Of a stretch of DNA of 64,000 nucleotides, positions 25,435-33,792 are shown in pieces. Position 1 is the stretch's first letter, and every line of letters starts with the position of its first letter. The stretch is taken from positions 3,929 to 67,928 of the forward strand of contig CACZCD010000001.1 in the NCBI GenBank assembly GCA_902779565.1. Direction: 5' to 3'. The DNA is from an uncultured bacterium. GTDB lineage: Bacteria > Verrucomicrobiota > Kiritimatiellia > RFP12 > UBA1067. The position numbers were made by a program, and so were the translations under genes. The notes below the pieces were generated by a model that searched no databases, was not told the origin of the DNA, and was given only the letters and a program-made list of their open reading frames with translations.

Positions 25435-26571
25435 TCAGATAACACCTTTGATGTACCGTTCCTTCACCGTGCGCCAAAGCACCAGGCAGAACGCCGAAAG
25501 CGGGATGGCGAGCAGGAGCCCCAGGAGCGACTTGAACACCGCGCTCCAGAACAGGAACGAGAAGATCACGCCCGCAAAGCCAAGTCCTGTGCGCTGGCCC
25601 TGGATGAGCGGCGTGATGGCATAGCCGTCCGCGATCTGGCCGGCCGCCCATACGCTCGACACACCGATGAGCCGCAACAGACTGCCACCATCGCCGAAGA
25701 AGGCGAGCAGGAGCGCAAGCGGAAGGCAGATTACAGTACCGAGGAGCGGCACAAGGTTGATCGCTCCCAGCGCAAAGCCGATCACGAAGCCGTAGGGCAG
25801 CCCCACGAGAACGAATCCGAGGCCGTAGAGCACGCCTTCCACAAGGCAGATGATCACCTGCCGCTGGAAAAAGGAGACGATGATGTCCGTGAACGTATCG
25901 ATCTGATCCGCCACAAACCCGCGCGTCTCCTCCTTCAGGAACGGCATCTGCCGCACACAGTCCTCGCCGCGCAGCGCCGGCTTCATCAGGAAGTACACGA
26001 AGAAGATCATCGTCACAACCCACCCGACAAGACCCATGAGGTACTTCACCACACTGAAGCTCACCTTCACCGCCTTTCCGCCGTACTGCGCGCCGAGCTG
26101 GGAGAGGATATCGTGCGAGAACTGCGCGGGATCCGTGAAGAACAGAAGCGCGGAGTCCGGCACGCCGAGCTTCACAAGCCCCGCATGAAGCCCCGGATGC
26201 TGGGCCTGGAACCATTCGCTCGCGCGCGTCACAATCGTTGGCGCAGCGGTGATGAAGGCCGAGAGCTGCTCGATCAGCATCGCGCCCGTGAGCCACAGCA
26301 CGAGACCCGCCGGCACAAGGACCGTGAGGGACATCGCCACCAGCGCCAGGGTCGGGTTGTGCAACCGCTTCAGGAACCATCCGTAGTACGGCTTGAAGAA
26401 CATCGAAAGGAGCAATCCCATGATGACCGGTGTCAGCGCGGGCGCCGTCAGGTTCAGGAGCTTCAACACAAACCAGCCAATACCGAGCGCAAAGGCGACC
26501 ACCAGCGCCACCGCCAGAGACGTGACGCCCGCCGCCGCCCATTTCTTCTGCCGATTGCTCAAGTCAATCAC
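25435..26571 (-). CDS. AI-2E family transporter (PerM/UPF0118)
   Basis: 378 aa, about 8 TM segments, with the typical AI-2E topology and conserved segments. Confidence 0.7.
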   Translation of the reverse strand: MIDLSNRQKKWAAAGVTSLAVALVVAFALGIGWFVLKLLNLTAPALTPVIMGLLLSMFFKPYYGWFLKRLHNPTLALVAMSLTVLVPAGLVLWLTGAMLIEQLSAFITAAPTIVTRASEWFQAQHPGLHAGLVKLGVPDSALLFFTDPAQFSHDILSQLGAQYGGKAVKVSFSVVKYLMGLVGWVVTMIFFVYFLMKPALRGEDCVRQMPFLKEETRGFVADQIDTFTDIIVSFFQRQVIICLVEGVLYGLGFVLVGLPYGFVIGFALGAINLVPLLGTVICLPLALLLAFFGDGGSLLRLIGVSSVWAAGQIADGYAITPLIQGQRTGLGFAGVIFSFLFWSAVFKSLLGLLLAIPLSAFCLVLWRTVKERYIKGVI

Positions 26572-28046
26572 GATGCGCCTCCCTTCGTTTGCTCGCCGCC
26601 GCGGAAATCCAGAAGATGCCCCAGCAGCGAACGGATTCCACGATAGTAGAACGAAAAATCAAAAAGCGTCCGGGTGGAGGTCAGCCGCCGCCAAAGCGCC
26701 GCCGGCTGCAGGAACCCGCGATAGACCTCGCGGATCGCGCACTTGATCTCATCCTCCGTGACAAGCGGCGTCTTGGTGATCGCGCGCCGCATGTCATACT
26801 CGTCCCAGTCAAGCGTCGTGAGACCGTCCGCCGCCGCCAGCTCCTTGAAGAGCGGCGTGCCGGGATAGGGGATCGTGAGCGTACACTGGAGCGTCGAGGC
26901 CCAGCCTTTCGCCAACATCCGCCGCGCGAGGGCCACCGTGTTCGCGATCTCCGCCTTGCCTTCCCAGGCGTGCCCGAACATGAACGTAAGATGCACGTCC
27001 AGCCCCGCCTCGCTCGCCCACTGCGCGCCCTGCTCCACGTCCTCGACCTTGAGCGCTTTCACGAAGCGGTCGAGCGTGTACTGATTGGCGCTCTCCACGC
27101 CAAAGAGCACCAGACGGAAGCCCGCCTTGCGCATCAGCCGGTAGTCCTCGGACGTCAACCGCCCGAACCGCATGTTGCAGTCGATGCGGACCTTGCGGTT
27201 CAGCCCCCGCTTGATCATCTCGTCGCAGAAGATCTTCAGGAATCCGCCCACCGGAAAGGAGCCGGAGTCGTCCATGATCTCCTTCACGCCGTACGTCTTC
27301 ACGAGGTGTTCAATCTCGTTCACCACGTCGTAGGGGTCGCGCGTGCGGTAGGTCGGATAAAGCGTCGTCCAACTGCAGAAGGTGCACTTCGCGTGCCAGC
27401 AGTCGCGACCAGACATGATGTAGGTGCCGGGCGTGCGGCGGAAGTTTCCGTTCTTGGTCGCGTAGAGCTTCCACTTGCACAGGTCACGGTCGATCCACGG
27501 CGTCTTCTTGAGATCGTGGTTGAGCTGGAAGCGTCCCGTGTTCTGGACGTCGCCCTTCTCACCCCGGTACCAGATGCCGGGCTCATATTGGGAAGCCTCG
27601 CCCGCCGCCGCCAACAGGTTCATCAGGAGAAAATCCCAATCGCCGCCCGTGAGGATGAAATCGACGGGGCATTTCTCCATCGTCTCCTCCGGCATCGCCG
27701 TCACATGATCGCCGACGAGGATGTATTTGGACGTTGCGAGTTGCTGCTTCTGGTCGGCGATCCACTTCCAATGGCGCTTGACGACGGGCGTCTTCGTTTC
27801 AACAACAACATAATCTGGGGCAAACTCGCGAAGCCGACGGTCGAACTCATCGGGCATCAGCTCCTCCGCGATGCCATCAAGCCACAGGACATCATGTCCT
27901 GCGGCTTTGAGCATCGTTGCGGCCGTCCCCGGCACCACCGGAAAGATGTAGGTGGGCCGGGAGAACCACTGGAACTGCCGGTTCTGCGAAAGGAGCGGCA
28001 CGCCCTTCTCGCTCGGCAGCGGCGGATAGCAGATCGCGACTTTCAT
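26568..28046 (-). CDS. B12-binding domain radical SAM protein (class B rSAM), function unknown
   Basis: N-terminal Rossmann-like B12-binding region (MKVAICYPPLPS...GHDVLWLDG), radical-SAM core with HAKCTFCSW, 492 aa. ATGA overlap with the AI-2E gene. Confidence 0.7.
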   Translation of the reverse strand: MKVAICYPPLPSEKGVPLLSQNRQFQWFSRPTYIFPVVPGTAATMLKAAGHDVLWLDGIAEELMPDEFDRRLREFAPDYVVVETKTPVVKRHWKWIADQKQQLATSKYILVGDHVTAMPEETMEKCPVDFILTGGDWDFLLMNLLAAAGEASQYEPGIWYRGEKGDVQNTGRFQLNHDLKKTPWIDRDLCKWKLYATKNGNFRRTPGTYIMSGRDCWHAKCTFCSWTTLYPTYRTRDPYDVVNEIEHLVKTYGVKEIMDDSGSFPVGGFLKIFCDEMIKRGLNRKVRIDCNMRFGRLTSEDYRLMRKAGFRLVLFGVESANQYTLDRFVKALKVEDVEQGAQWASEAGLDVHLTFMFGHAWEGKAEIANTVALARRMLAKGWASTLQCTLTIPYPGTPLFKELAAADGLTTLDWDEYDMRRAITKTPLVTEDEIKCAIREVYRGFLQPAALWRRLTSTRTLFDFSFYYRGIRSLLGHLLDFRGGEQTKGGAS

Positions 28047-28079
28047 GGGGACGCGGCGCGAACGCGCAACCCTCGCTAA

Positions 28080-29093
28080 TCACCACTTGTAGCCGATGCC
28101 GAGCATGTAGCGCAGGTCGGAGTGCTTCGTGCCCGCACCGACCTTGCTCTTGTAGTCCCATTCGATCTTGCCGAGCAGCTGCCAGTTGGCCCGGAACGCA
28201 TAGGTGAAGCCCACGTCGCTGTCGATGATGTAGTTATCTTCCCAATCGGAGAGCTCAGGGATATACTCAAAGTTGTGCGTGAAGTTGAAACCCGTAATCC
28301 AGTTCGGATCCCAGGCAAGGTGGTGGGCGTAGCGGAACGCCAAGTAGTCGTCATCCAGCGTGGATTTGTAGCGCTCCTTCACCCAGGTGAGACCGGCTTC
28401 CTGGTTGAAGCTCCATTTGCCGAAGTTCTCGAATGCACGCCCGTCAAGCCACTGGAGACCGAGACCGGCACCCACGCGATAGCGGTAGTCGAGGTTCATG
28501 ATGCGATCATACTCATACTTGCCGTTGATGTAGCTGTAGAACATCGAGGTCCAGAAGTGGTCCTCCTGCGCCTGGAGCTCAAAGCGGTTGGAGGTCTTCT
28601 GCTTGTCTTCCTTGCTGTCGCCGGACTGCGCAAAGTTGTAGGCGGCGGAACCGGTCAGACGATCCTTCTCCCAGCGGCGGGCAAGATCCGCAAACAGCGA
28701 CACGGCTTCGGAGACCGTATTCCCGCGCGCCGCGGTCGCCGAAAGGTTCACGCTGCCGTGCCAGGTCTCGGGCGTGGGGTTCACGCTCTTCACCTTGCCC
28801 ATGTCAAGGGCGTCGCCATCGAGCGTGAAGCCCTTCTCGTCGCGACCCACAACGCCGGTCTCCACATGCTTGTCGTTGAACTCGACGGGATTTGCCTTGT
28901 CGGTGGTCATCGACACCACGTTGTCCTGCTTGATTTTGATATCGCCCACGTCTTCAGACGCAAAATCAATCGTGCCGCCTTCAATGTGCTTGACGGTACC
29001 GACGAACTTGGCGCCAGACTTCATCACGATGACGTCGGCCGACGCGACCAGCCCCATGTACAGGGCAGCTACGCAAACGAGGATTTTCTTCAT
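28080..29093 (-). CDS. Outer-membrane beta-barrel protein, DUF481-like
   Basis: Signal peptide, alternating amphipathic beta-strand pattern, aromatic C-terminus ...GIGYKW. Confidence 0.45.
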   Translation of the reverse strand: MKKILVCVAALYMGLVASADVIVMKSGAKFVGTVKHIEGGTIDFASEDVGDIKIKQDNVVSMTTDKANPVEFNDKHVETGVVGRDEKGFTLDGDALDMGKVKSVNPTPETWHGSVNLSATAARGNTVSEAVSLFADLARRWEKDRLTGSAAYNFAQSGDSKEDKQKTSNRFELQAQEDHFWTSMFYSYINGKYEYDRIMNLDYRYRVGAGLGLQWLDGRAFENFGKWSFNQEAGLTWVKERYKSTLDDDYLAFRYAHHLAWDPNWITGFNFTHNFEYIPELSDWEDNYIIDSDVGFTYAFRANWQLLGKIEWDYKSKVGAGTKHSDLRYMLGIGYKW

Positions 29094-29129
29094 TGTATTC
29101 TCCTTGGTTGAAAAAACGCACGTATTGTA

Positions 29130-29630
29130 TCATAAAGCCACAGCAAATGCCACATAGCCCGCATAAAGTTTTTGGGCATCAAAAGCCTCCGCCAAAGCCG
29201 CCACCCCCGCCCGTTTCCCAACGGCGGCGCGGACCGCCGTGCGCAGCGCCGCCGGATCGCCCGCCGTGTAGGTGACGCCCGCCGCGTGCCGCGTCAAAAG
29301 GTCGGCCGTCTCGCCATGCAGCGAACTCGCCACGGGGAGGCCCGCCGCCGCGTAGTCCGCGAGCTTGTACGGCACGCCCACGCAGGAATCGTCGAACATC
29401 GGCACGAGCCCCACATCCGCCTGCGCCAGCTGCGCACGGAGCGCCGTCTCGTCGAGATAGCCATGGAACCGGATGCGGTCACAACCCGCCGCCCGCCGTC
29501 GGAGAGCAGCCTCGTCGGGGCCCGCCCCCGCTAAATCGAGCGTCAGCTCCGTATCCCCCATCACGGCATCCACGGCCGTAGCCAGATCGTAGCTCAAGCT
29601 CATGTTCCCGATATAGACGATTCTTATCAT
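29130..29630 (-). CDS. Glycosyltransferase group 1 C-terminal-domain-only protein (possible gene remnant)
   Basis: 166 aa resembling only the C-terminal Rossmann half of GT4-type glycosyltransferases (...IRFHGYLDETALRAQLAQADVGLVPMFDD...YKLADYAAAGLPV...). There is no room for an N-terminal domain upstream. Confidence 0.4.
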   Translation of the reverse strand: MIRIVYIGNMSLSYDLATAVDAVMGDTELTLDLAGAGPDEAALRRRAAGCDRIRFHGYLDETALRAQLAQADVGLVPMFDDSCVGVPYKLADYAAAGLPVASSLHGETADLLTRHAAGVTYTAGDPAALRTAVRAAVGKRAGVAALAEAFDAQKLYAGYVAFAVAL

Positions 29631-29642
29631 CTGCGCCTTAAA

Positions 29643-30572
29643 TTATACCACCGTCGGCGAACGCGAAAGAAACGCCTCCTCAAGCGAGAGACCGGACGCC
29701 ACGGCCAGCACGTCCGTCTGGGCGAGCAGCGCTGGCAGGAGCCGCCGGTTCACCGCCGCCACGCCGCCGGCTTCATCGCCAAATGTGCAGACCAGGAGAC
29801 GTTCCGCCGCACGCCACTCGAATGATGCACCGGGCACGGCAGCGGAAAGCGCCGCGATGTTGCCCGGTTCATGGACCAGCGTGAACACGATGCGGTCCGT
29901 CGCGTGCGTGATGGAGGCGACGGAATCCATGCGCGTCACGCGTCCCTTTTCAATGAAGGCCACATGCGTGCAGAGCCGCTCGATGTCTTCCAGGTTGTGC
30001 GACGAGATGACGATCGTCTGCCGCCCCCGCTGCGACAGGATGAACCGGCGCAGACGATCCGCCTCCACGGGATCGAGACCGTTCAACGGCTCATCCAGCA
30101 GCACCACCTCCGGCCGCCCCACGAAGCACTGGGCGACCATCGCGCGCTTGCGCATTCCGTGGGAGAGCGTCCGCATCCGGGAGCGCGCGCGATCCGTGAG
30201 ATTGACAGCCGCCAGCGTCTCGCGCACGCTGCGCCGCGCGGCCGCCGCCGTCAGCCCCTGAAGACGTCCGAACCGGTAGAGCGCCCCCTCCGGCGTATCT
30301 TCCAGCGGAAGTTCCGAGTCCTGCGGCAGGATCGCCACGCGTCCGCCGTGCCGCGTGGCGTCGAACGGTCCGTTCCCAAGCAGATCGATCTCGCCTGCGT
30401 CCGGACGCAGGAATCCGGCGACCGTCATCATCCAGGTGGTCTTCCCCGCGCCGTTCGCGCCCACCATCCCCATCACCGCGCCGCGCGGCACGGAAAGCGA
30501 GAGACCGTCGAGCGCACGTTGGCGACCACGGCGCTTGACGAGATTGCGCGTGACGATAGCAAAGCCGATCAT
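29643..30572 (-). CDS. ABC transporter ATP-binding protein
   Basis: Walker A GANGAGKTT, signature LSHGMRKR, Walker B VVLLDEPLNGLD, H-loop. True start MIGFAIV (30572) with ATGA overlap. The 596-aa ORF in the track is an over-extension. Confidence 0.85.
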   Translation of the reverse strand: MIGFAIVTRNLVKRRGRQRALDGLSLSVPRGAVMGMVGANGAGKTTWMMTVAGFLRPDAGEIDLLGNGPFDATRHGGRVAILPQDSELPLEDTPEGALYRFGRLQGLTAAAARRSVRETLAAVNLTDRARSRMRTLSHGMRKRAMVAQCFVGRPEVVLLDEPLNGLDPVEADRLRRFILSQRGRQTIVISSHNLEDIERLCTHVAFIEKGRVTRMDSVASITHATDRIVFTLVHEPGNIAALSAAVPGASFEWRAAERLLVCTFGDEAGGVAAVNRRLLPALLAQTDVLAVASGLSLEEAFLSRSPTVV

Positions 30573-31474
30573 ACGTCCCTCCGGCAGAAAAAGGCCGCGC
30601 CCGCCATGAGATACGTGAGCCCCAGGATCACGAGATGGAAACTTCCTGAAAGGAGCGGAACCGCCGAAAACCGCCAGAGCGACATCTCGGCACCCGCCGG
30701 CACGAGCATCCGCAGATGCGTGAGAACGCCCGGCCAGCCGTGGAAGGAATGCAGGAAATCCATAAGCGGCGGCAACGCCCCGAAAAGCCCGATCGCCACG
30801 ATACCGAGCGACGTAGCGCGCCCGGGCGACCGCGTGAGATGCGAAATGCCGAGCGCCAGCCCGAGCCACGCCAGCGAATAGATCCATGCGCGCAGCCCCC
30901 AGTTGAGCAACGGCAGGAAAAGCGAGGCCGCCGTGCCGGAAGGCAGGCGGCAGAACGCCACCACGGCGGCCCCCATCGCACTCACGACCAACGCCACTGC
31001 AATCATGAGCGCCTGCCCGAGATACTTCCCGACCGACCACTCCAGGCGTGTCTCGCGCACGAGCATGTACCGCACCGCACCCGAACGAAGATCCTCCGAG
31101 ACGCGCGTGCCCGCCACAAGTACCGTCAGCAGCGGCGCGCACAAAAACACGAACCACGCATAGATCAGTTCCACCGGATGCCGCCCCGAGATGTCGTCCA
31201 GCACAGGACTCTCCCCCACCACCGAGCGCACAATCCGGTTGAAGGGCTTCGACTTCCAGAGCGATGCCGAGACCACGCCCGTCTCGTCCGAATCCGGCAG
31301 CTGCAGCACCACCGCCAGCTCCTTCTCCATCCGGCCGAGCACGGAGATAGTACCGTTCATGCACAGCAGGGCGGCGCCGAGATACAGTACCAGCAACACG
31401 AGCGCACGGCGGCTGCGGATCGCCCCGCCCCACTCACCGAGCGCCGTCTGCCAGATATGCCACAGCGTGCGCAT
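30569..31474 (-). CDS. ABC-2 family transporter permease
   Basis: 301 aa, 6 predicted TM segments, directly upstream of and coupled to the ATPase. Confidence 0.6.
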   Translation of the reverse strand: MRTLWHIWQTALGEWGGAIRSRRALVLLVLYLGAALLCMNGTISVLGRMEKELAVVLQLPDSDETGVVSASLWKSKPFNRIVRSVVGESPVLDDISGRHPVELIYAWFVFLCAPLLTVLVAGTRVSEDLRSGAVRYMLVRETRLEWSVGKYLGQALMIAVALVVSAMGAAVVAFCRLPSGTAASLFLPLLNWGLRAWIYSLAWLGLALGISHLTRSPGRATSLGIVAIGLFGALPPLMDFLHSFHGWPGVLTHLRMLVPAGAEMSLWRFSAVPLLSGSFHLVILGLTYLMAGAAFFCRRDV

Positions 31475-32233
31475 TCACCGGTTCCTTCTGCGTGGAGCCG
31501 GGAAATTCTCCAGCTTCCCCTGCACGTCAATGAGCGGCTCGGCGACGCCGGGATCGATGAAGTCCACCATCTGCATCGAGGAAACCTGCTCGCGCATGTC
31601 AGGCGCGGCGCAGGCGCCAATCTTGTCGTAAGTCTCGGCCAGGATCGTGCTCGTTTCGCCCACCAACCGCAGCCCCAGCTCCGGCGTCATGCTGTCCCGC
31701 CCCTCCAGAAGCCCGGCCAGCGCCGCGACGCTGTCATAGAGACGCTCGTTCATCTCCTGCAGCGCGGCGTCGAACGCCTTCTCGCCCTCACCCGAAAGCT
31801 TCAGCTTCGACTTCCACTGCGCGCGCGCAAGATCCACGCGCGTCCGCCACAGGTCTTGCGCCTCCTCAATCCGCGCGCGCAGATCCTCCGGCGACAGGCG
31901 CGGCGGTACGGCGTTCGTCGAAGCGACGGCATTGGGTTTCTCCTTCGCAGTGGGCGGCGGCACGGGAGCATGCTTTGCGGCGACCTTGTTCGTGGCGGCG
32001 ATGGGCGGGAGCGGCGCCTTGGGCCGGTCCGGGCGCGGACGGCGCGACCGGCGGGCCGATTCGGGAATCTTCACCATCTGGGCAAAGGCATCAAACCCAC
32101 CGGGCTTGGCGGCGGTGTTCTGCTTCACGTCCCGCGCATGCGACCGGAACGAGCGCAATTCGTCCTGCGCCCCCCACGATCCGATGAGGTACCCGACGAG
32201 ACAGGCGAGCGGCAGCCACAAATAGACCTTCAT
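31475..32233 (-). CDS. Membrane-anchored Pro-rich hypothetical protein (first gene of the ABC-2 operon)
   Basis: N-terminal TM anchor MKVYLWLPLACLVGYLIGSW, Pro-rich linker, helical C-terminus. Its stop abuts the permease start. Confidence 0.4.
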   Translation of the reverse strand: MKVYLWLPLACLVGYLIGSWGAQDELRSFRSHARDVKQNTAAKPGGFDAFAQMVKIPESARRSRRPRPDRPKAPLPPIAATNKVAAKHAPVPPPTAKEKPNAVASTNAVPPRLSPEDLRARIEEAQDLWRTRVDLARAQWKSKLKLSGEGEKAFDAALQEMNERLYDSVAALAGLLEGRDSMTPELGLRLVGETSTILAETYDKIGACAAPDMREQVSSMQMVDFIDPGVAEPLIDVQGKLENFPAPRRRNR

Positions 32234-32274
32234 GGGTGGAACCTCCGAGCTTGCAGGAAGAGGACGGCGGAACG

Positions 32275-33183
32275 TCAGCCGCAGCTGATCGTTGTCGTGA
32301 CCGCCTTGCGGTAGCCGGTCACGGCGATGGCGCCGGAGGGATAGATCTCCGCGAGCGCGTAGCTGTTCTCCTCTTCTCCGGCGTTCAGGACAAGGCCGCG
32401 AAGAGAATAGTACGTGATGCCCTTGATGATATCAATCAGCCCAGAGTGCTGATGGCCCGTGAACACCGCCTTCACCTTGCCGCTCTTCTCAATCACTTCT
32501 CGCACCGCCGCCGCGTTCTTGACGATGTGCTGGGGCTCGGCGGCAGAGCAGAGGCACTGATGGCAGAATATGACAACCCGTCCGGGCGCAGCGGCCAGTT
32601 CCTTCTGGAGCCAGGCAATCTCCTCCGGCGGCACATTGGCGTTGTTCCATGGATTGTTGCAGCTGTACGGTTTCATCGCCGAGTCGAAGCAGGCGTTCAT
32701 CACGATGAACGTCACGCCACCCCTCACGAAGGTGTAGTAACCGGTCTTGGACACCTTCCCGTCATTCGGCACGCGCGAGAAAAACTCTTCTGTCGTAAGG
32801 CAATCGAAGTCGTGGTTGCCGGCCACATGGTAGCGCGGCCCCTTGAAGCCGCTGAAAACCGTCTCGATCTTTTCGAGATAGCCGAGGGTCGCCGCCTTGG
32901 TCGGGCCCAGATCCTTGAAGTCCCCCAACTCGATCATGAAGTCCGGCCGCTCCCGGTTCATCACCGCCACGCATTCGGCAAGCTTCTTCGCCGACTCGCT
33001 GTAGGCGGCGTCACCAACCGGATAGGCGCGCTTCGCGTAAGGAATCTCCGCATAGTGGCAATCCGTTACCATGCCGAACCGCACCACGGGCTTCTCGCCC
33101 GGCTTCGGCAGCGAACAGCCGGCCAGCGTCACCGCCGAGAACATCCCGAACCCTTCAATGAAAAACCTGCGTGAACATTCCAT
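32275..33183 (-). CDS. Tat-exported calcineurin-like metallophosphoesterase
   Basis: Twin-arginine motif SRRFFIEGFG, then GDFKD ... GNHDFD metallophosphatase motifs. Confidence 0.65.
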   Translation of the reverse strand: MECSRRFFIEGFGMFSAVTLAGCSLPKPGEKPVVRFGMVTDCHYAEIPYAKRAYPVGDAAYSESAKKLAECVAVMNRERPDFMIELGDFKDLGPTKAATLGYLEKIETVFSGFKGPRYHVAGNHDFDCLTTEEFFSRVPNDGKVSKTGYYTFVRGGVTFIVMNACFDSAMKPYSCNNPWNNANVPPEEIAWLQKELAAAPGRVVIFCHQCLCSAAEPQHIVKNAAAVREVIEKSGKVKAVFTGHQHSGLIDIIKGITYYSLRGLVLNAGEEENSYALAEIYPSGAIAVTGYRKAVTTTISCG

Positions 33184-33297
33184 GGACTTCTTTCCTTTCT
33201 TTGTCTGGTATTCCTCCATTGCCCTATATTATAACATACGATCCGCTCTTCGGGAAACCCGACGAACGGATCGCAGATTGGCCAGTTTAAAACACCG

Positions 33298-33660
33298 CTA
33301 CCAGGAGCGGTAATAGACCGGCGGAGGCGGCGGGGGCGGCGGCGCCACCACAACCGGGGCCGGGGAATAGACCGGGGTGCTATAGACCGGCGTGCTATAG
33401 ACCGGTGTGCTATAAACCGGCGTGCTATAGACTGGCGCAGGCGCCACGACAACTGGCGGACGAACGATGCTGTTCACGATCGCCGCAGTGCCGAGAGCGG
33501 CTCCCGCAATGCCCCATCCGCAATGGTGGTGATGATGATGGTAGCCATGGCCACCATGGAACCTAGGACCGCCATGGAACCCACCATGGAACCCCGGACG
33601 GGCGAACATCACACCTGCCGTTGCCACGACTGCCAGCATTACTATCAGTTTCTTGTTCAT
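33298..33660 (-). CDS. Small secreted His-rich / Pro-rich repeat protein
   Basis: Signal peptide, then FHGGFHGGPRFHGGHGYHHHHHHC, a hydrophobic segment, 5x STPVY tandem repeats, and PPPPPPPP. Confidence 0.5.
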   Translation of the reverse strand: MNKKLIVMLAVVATAGVMFARPGFHGGFHGGPRFHGGHGYHHHHHHCGWGIAGAALGTAAIVNSIVRPPVVVAPAPVYSTPVYSTPVYSTPVYSTPVYSPAPVVVAPPPPPPPPVYYRSW

Positions 33661-33792
33661 GTTTTTCTCCTCTTTCTGTCGTTATCGACAATGGGTATGG
33701 CAGCCTCGCCAAAGAAATCTGACAACGTTTTCAAAAAAAATTTTGCGCCGCTTTCTCATAAGGAGGTGCTTAGCCTGAATCTTGCCGGCACA

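Noticed and set aside
29643-31433. 596-aa ORF that appears to fuse an N-terminal Gly/Ala/Arg-rich region to the ABC ATPase
   Set aside because: The N-terminal 290 aa overlap the ABC-2 permease gene in another frame and are low-complexity. The ATPase has its own start (MIGFAIV) with an ATGA overlap to the permease stop. It is an over-extended ORF, not a fusion.
33229-33297. Possible small RNA or tRNA in short intergenic gaps (also 53752-53966)
   Set aside because: There is no cloverleaf-compatible sequence or conserved tRNA T-loop (GTTCRA) context. These are only leaders and UTRs, noted without a call.
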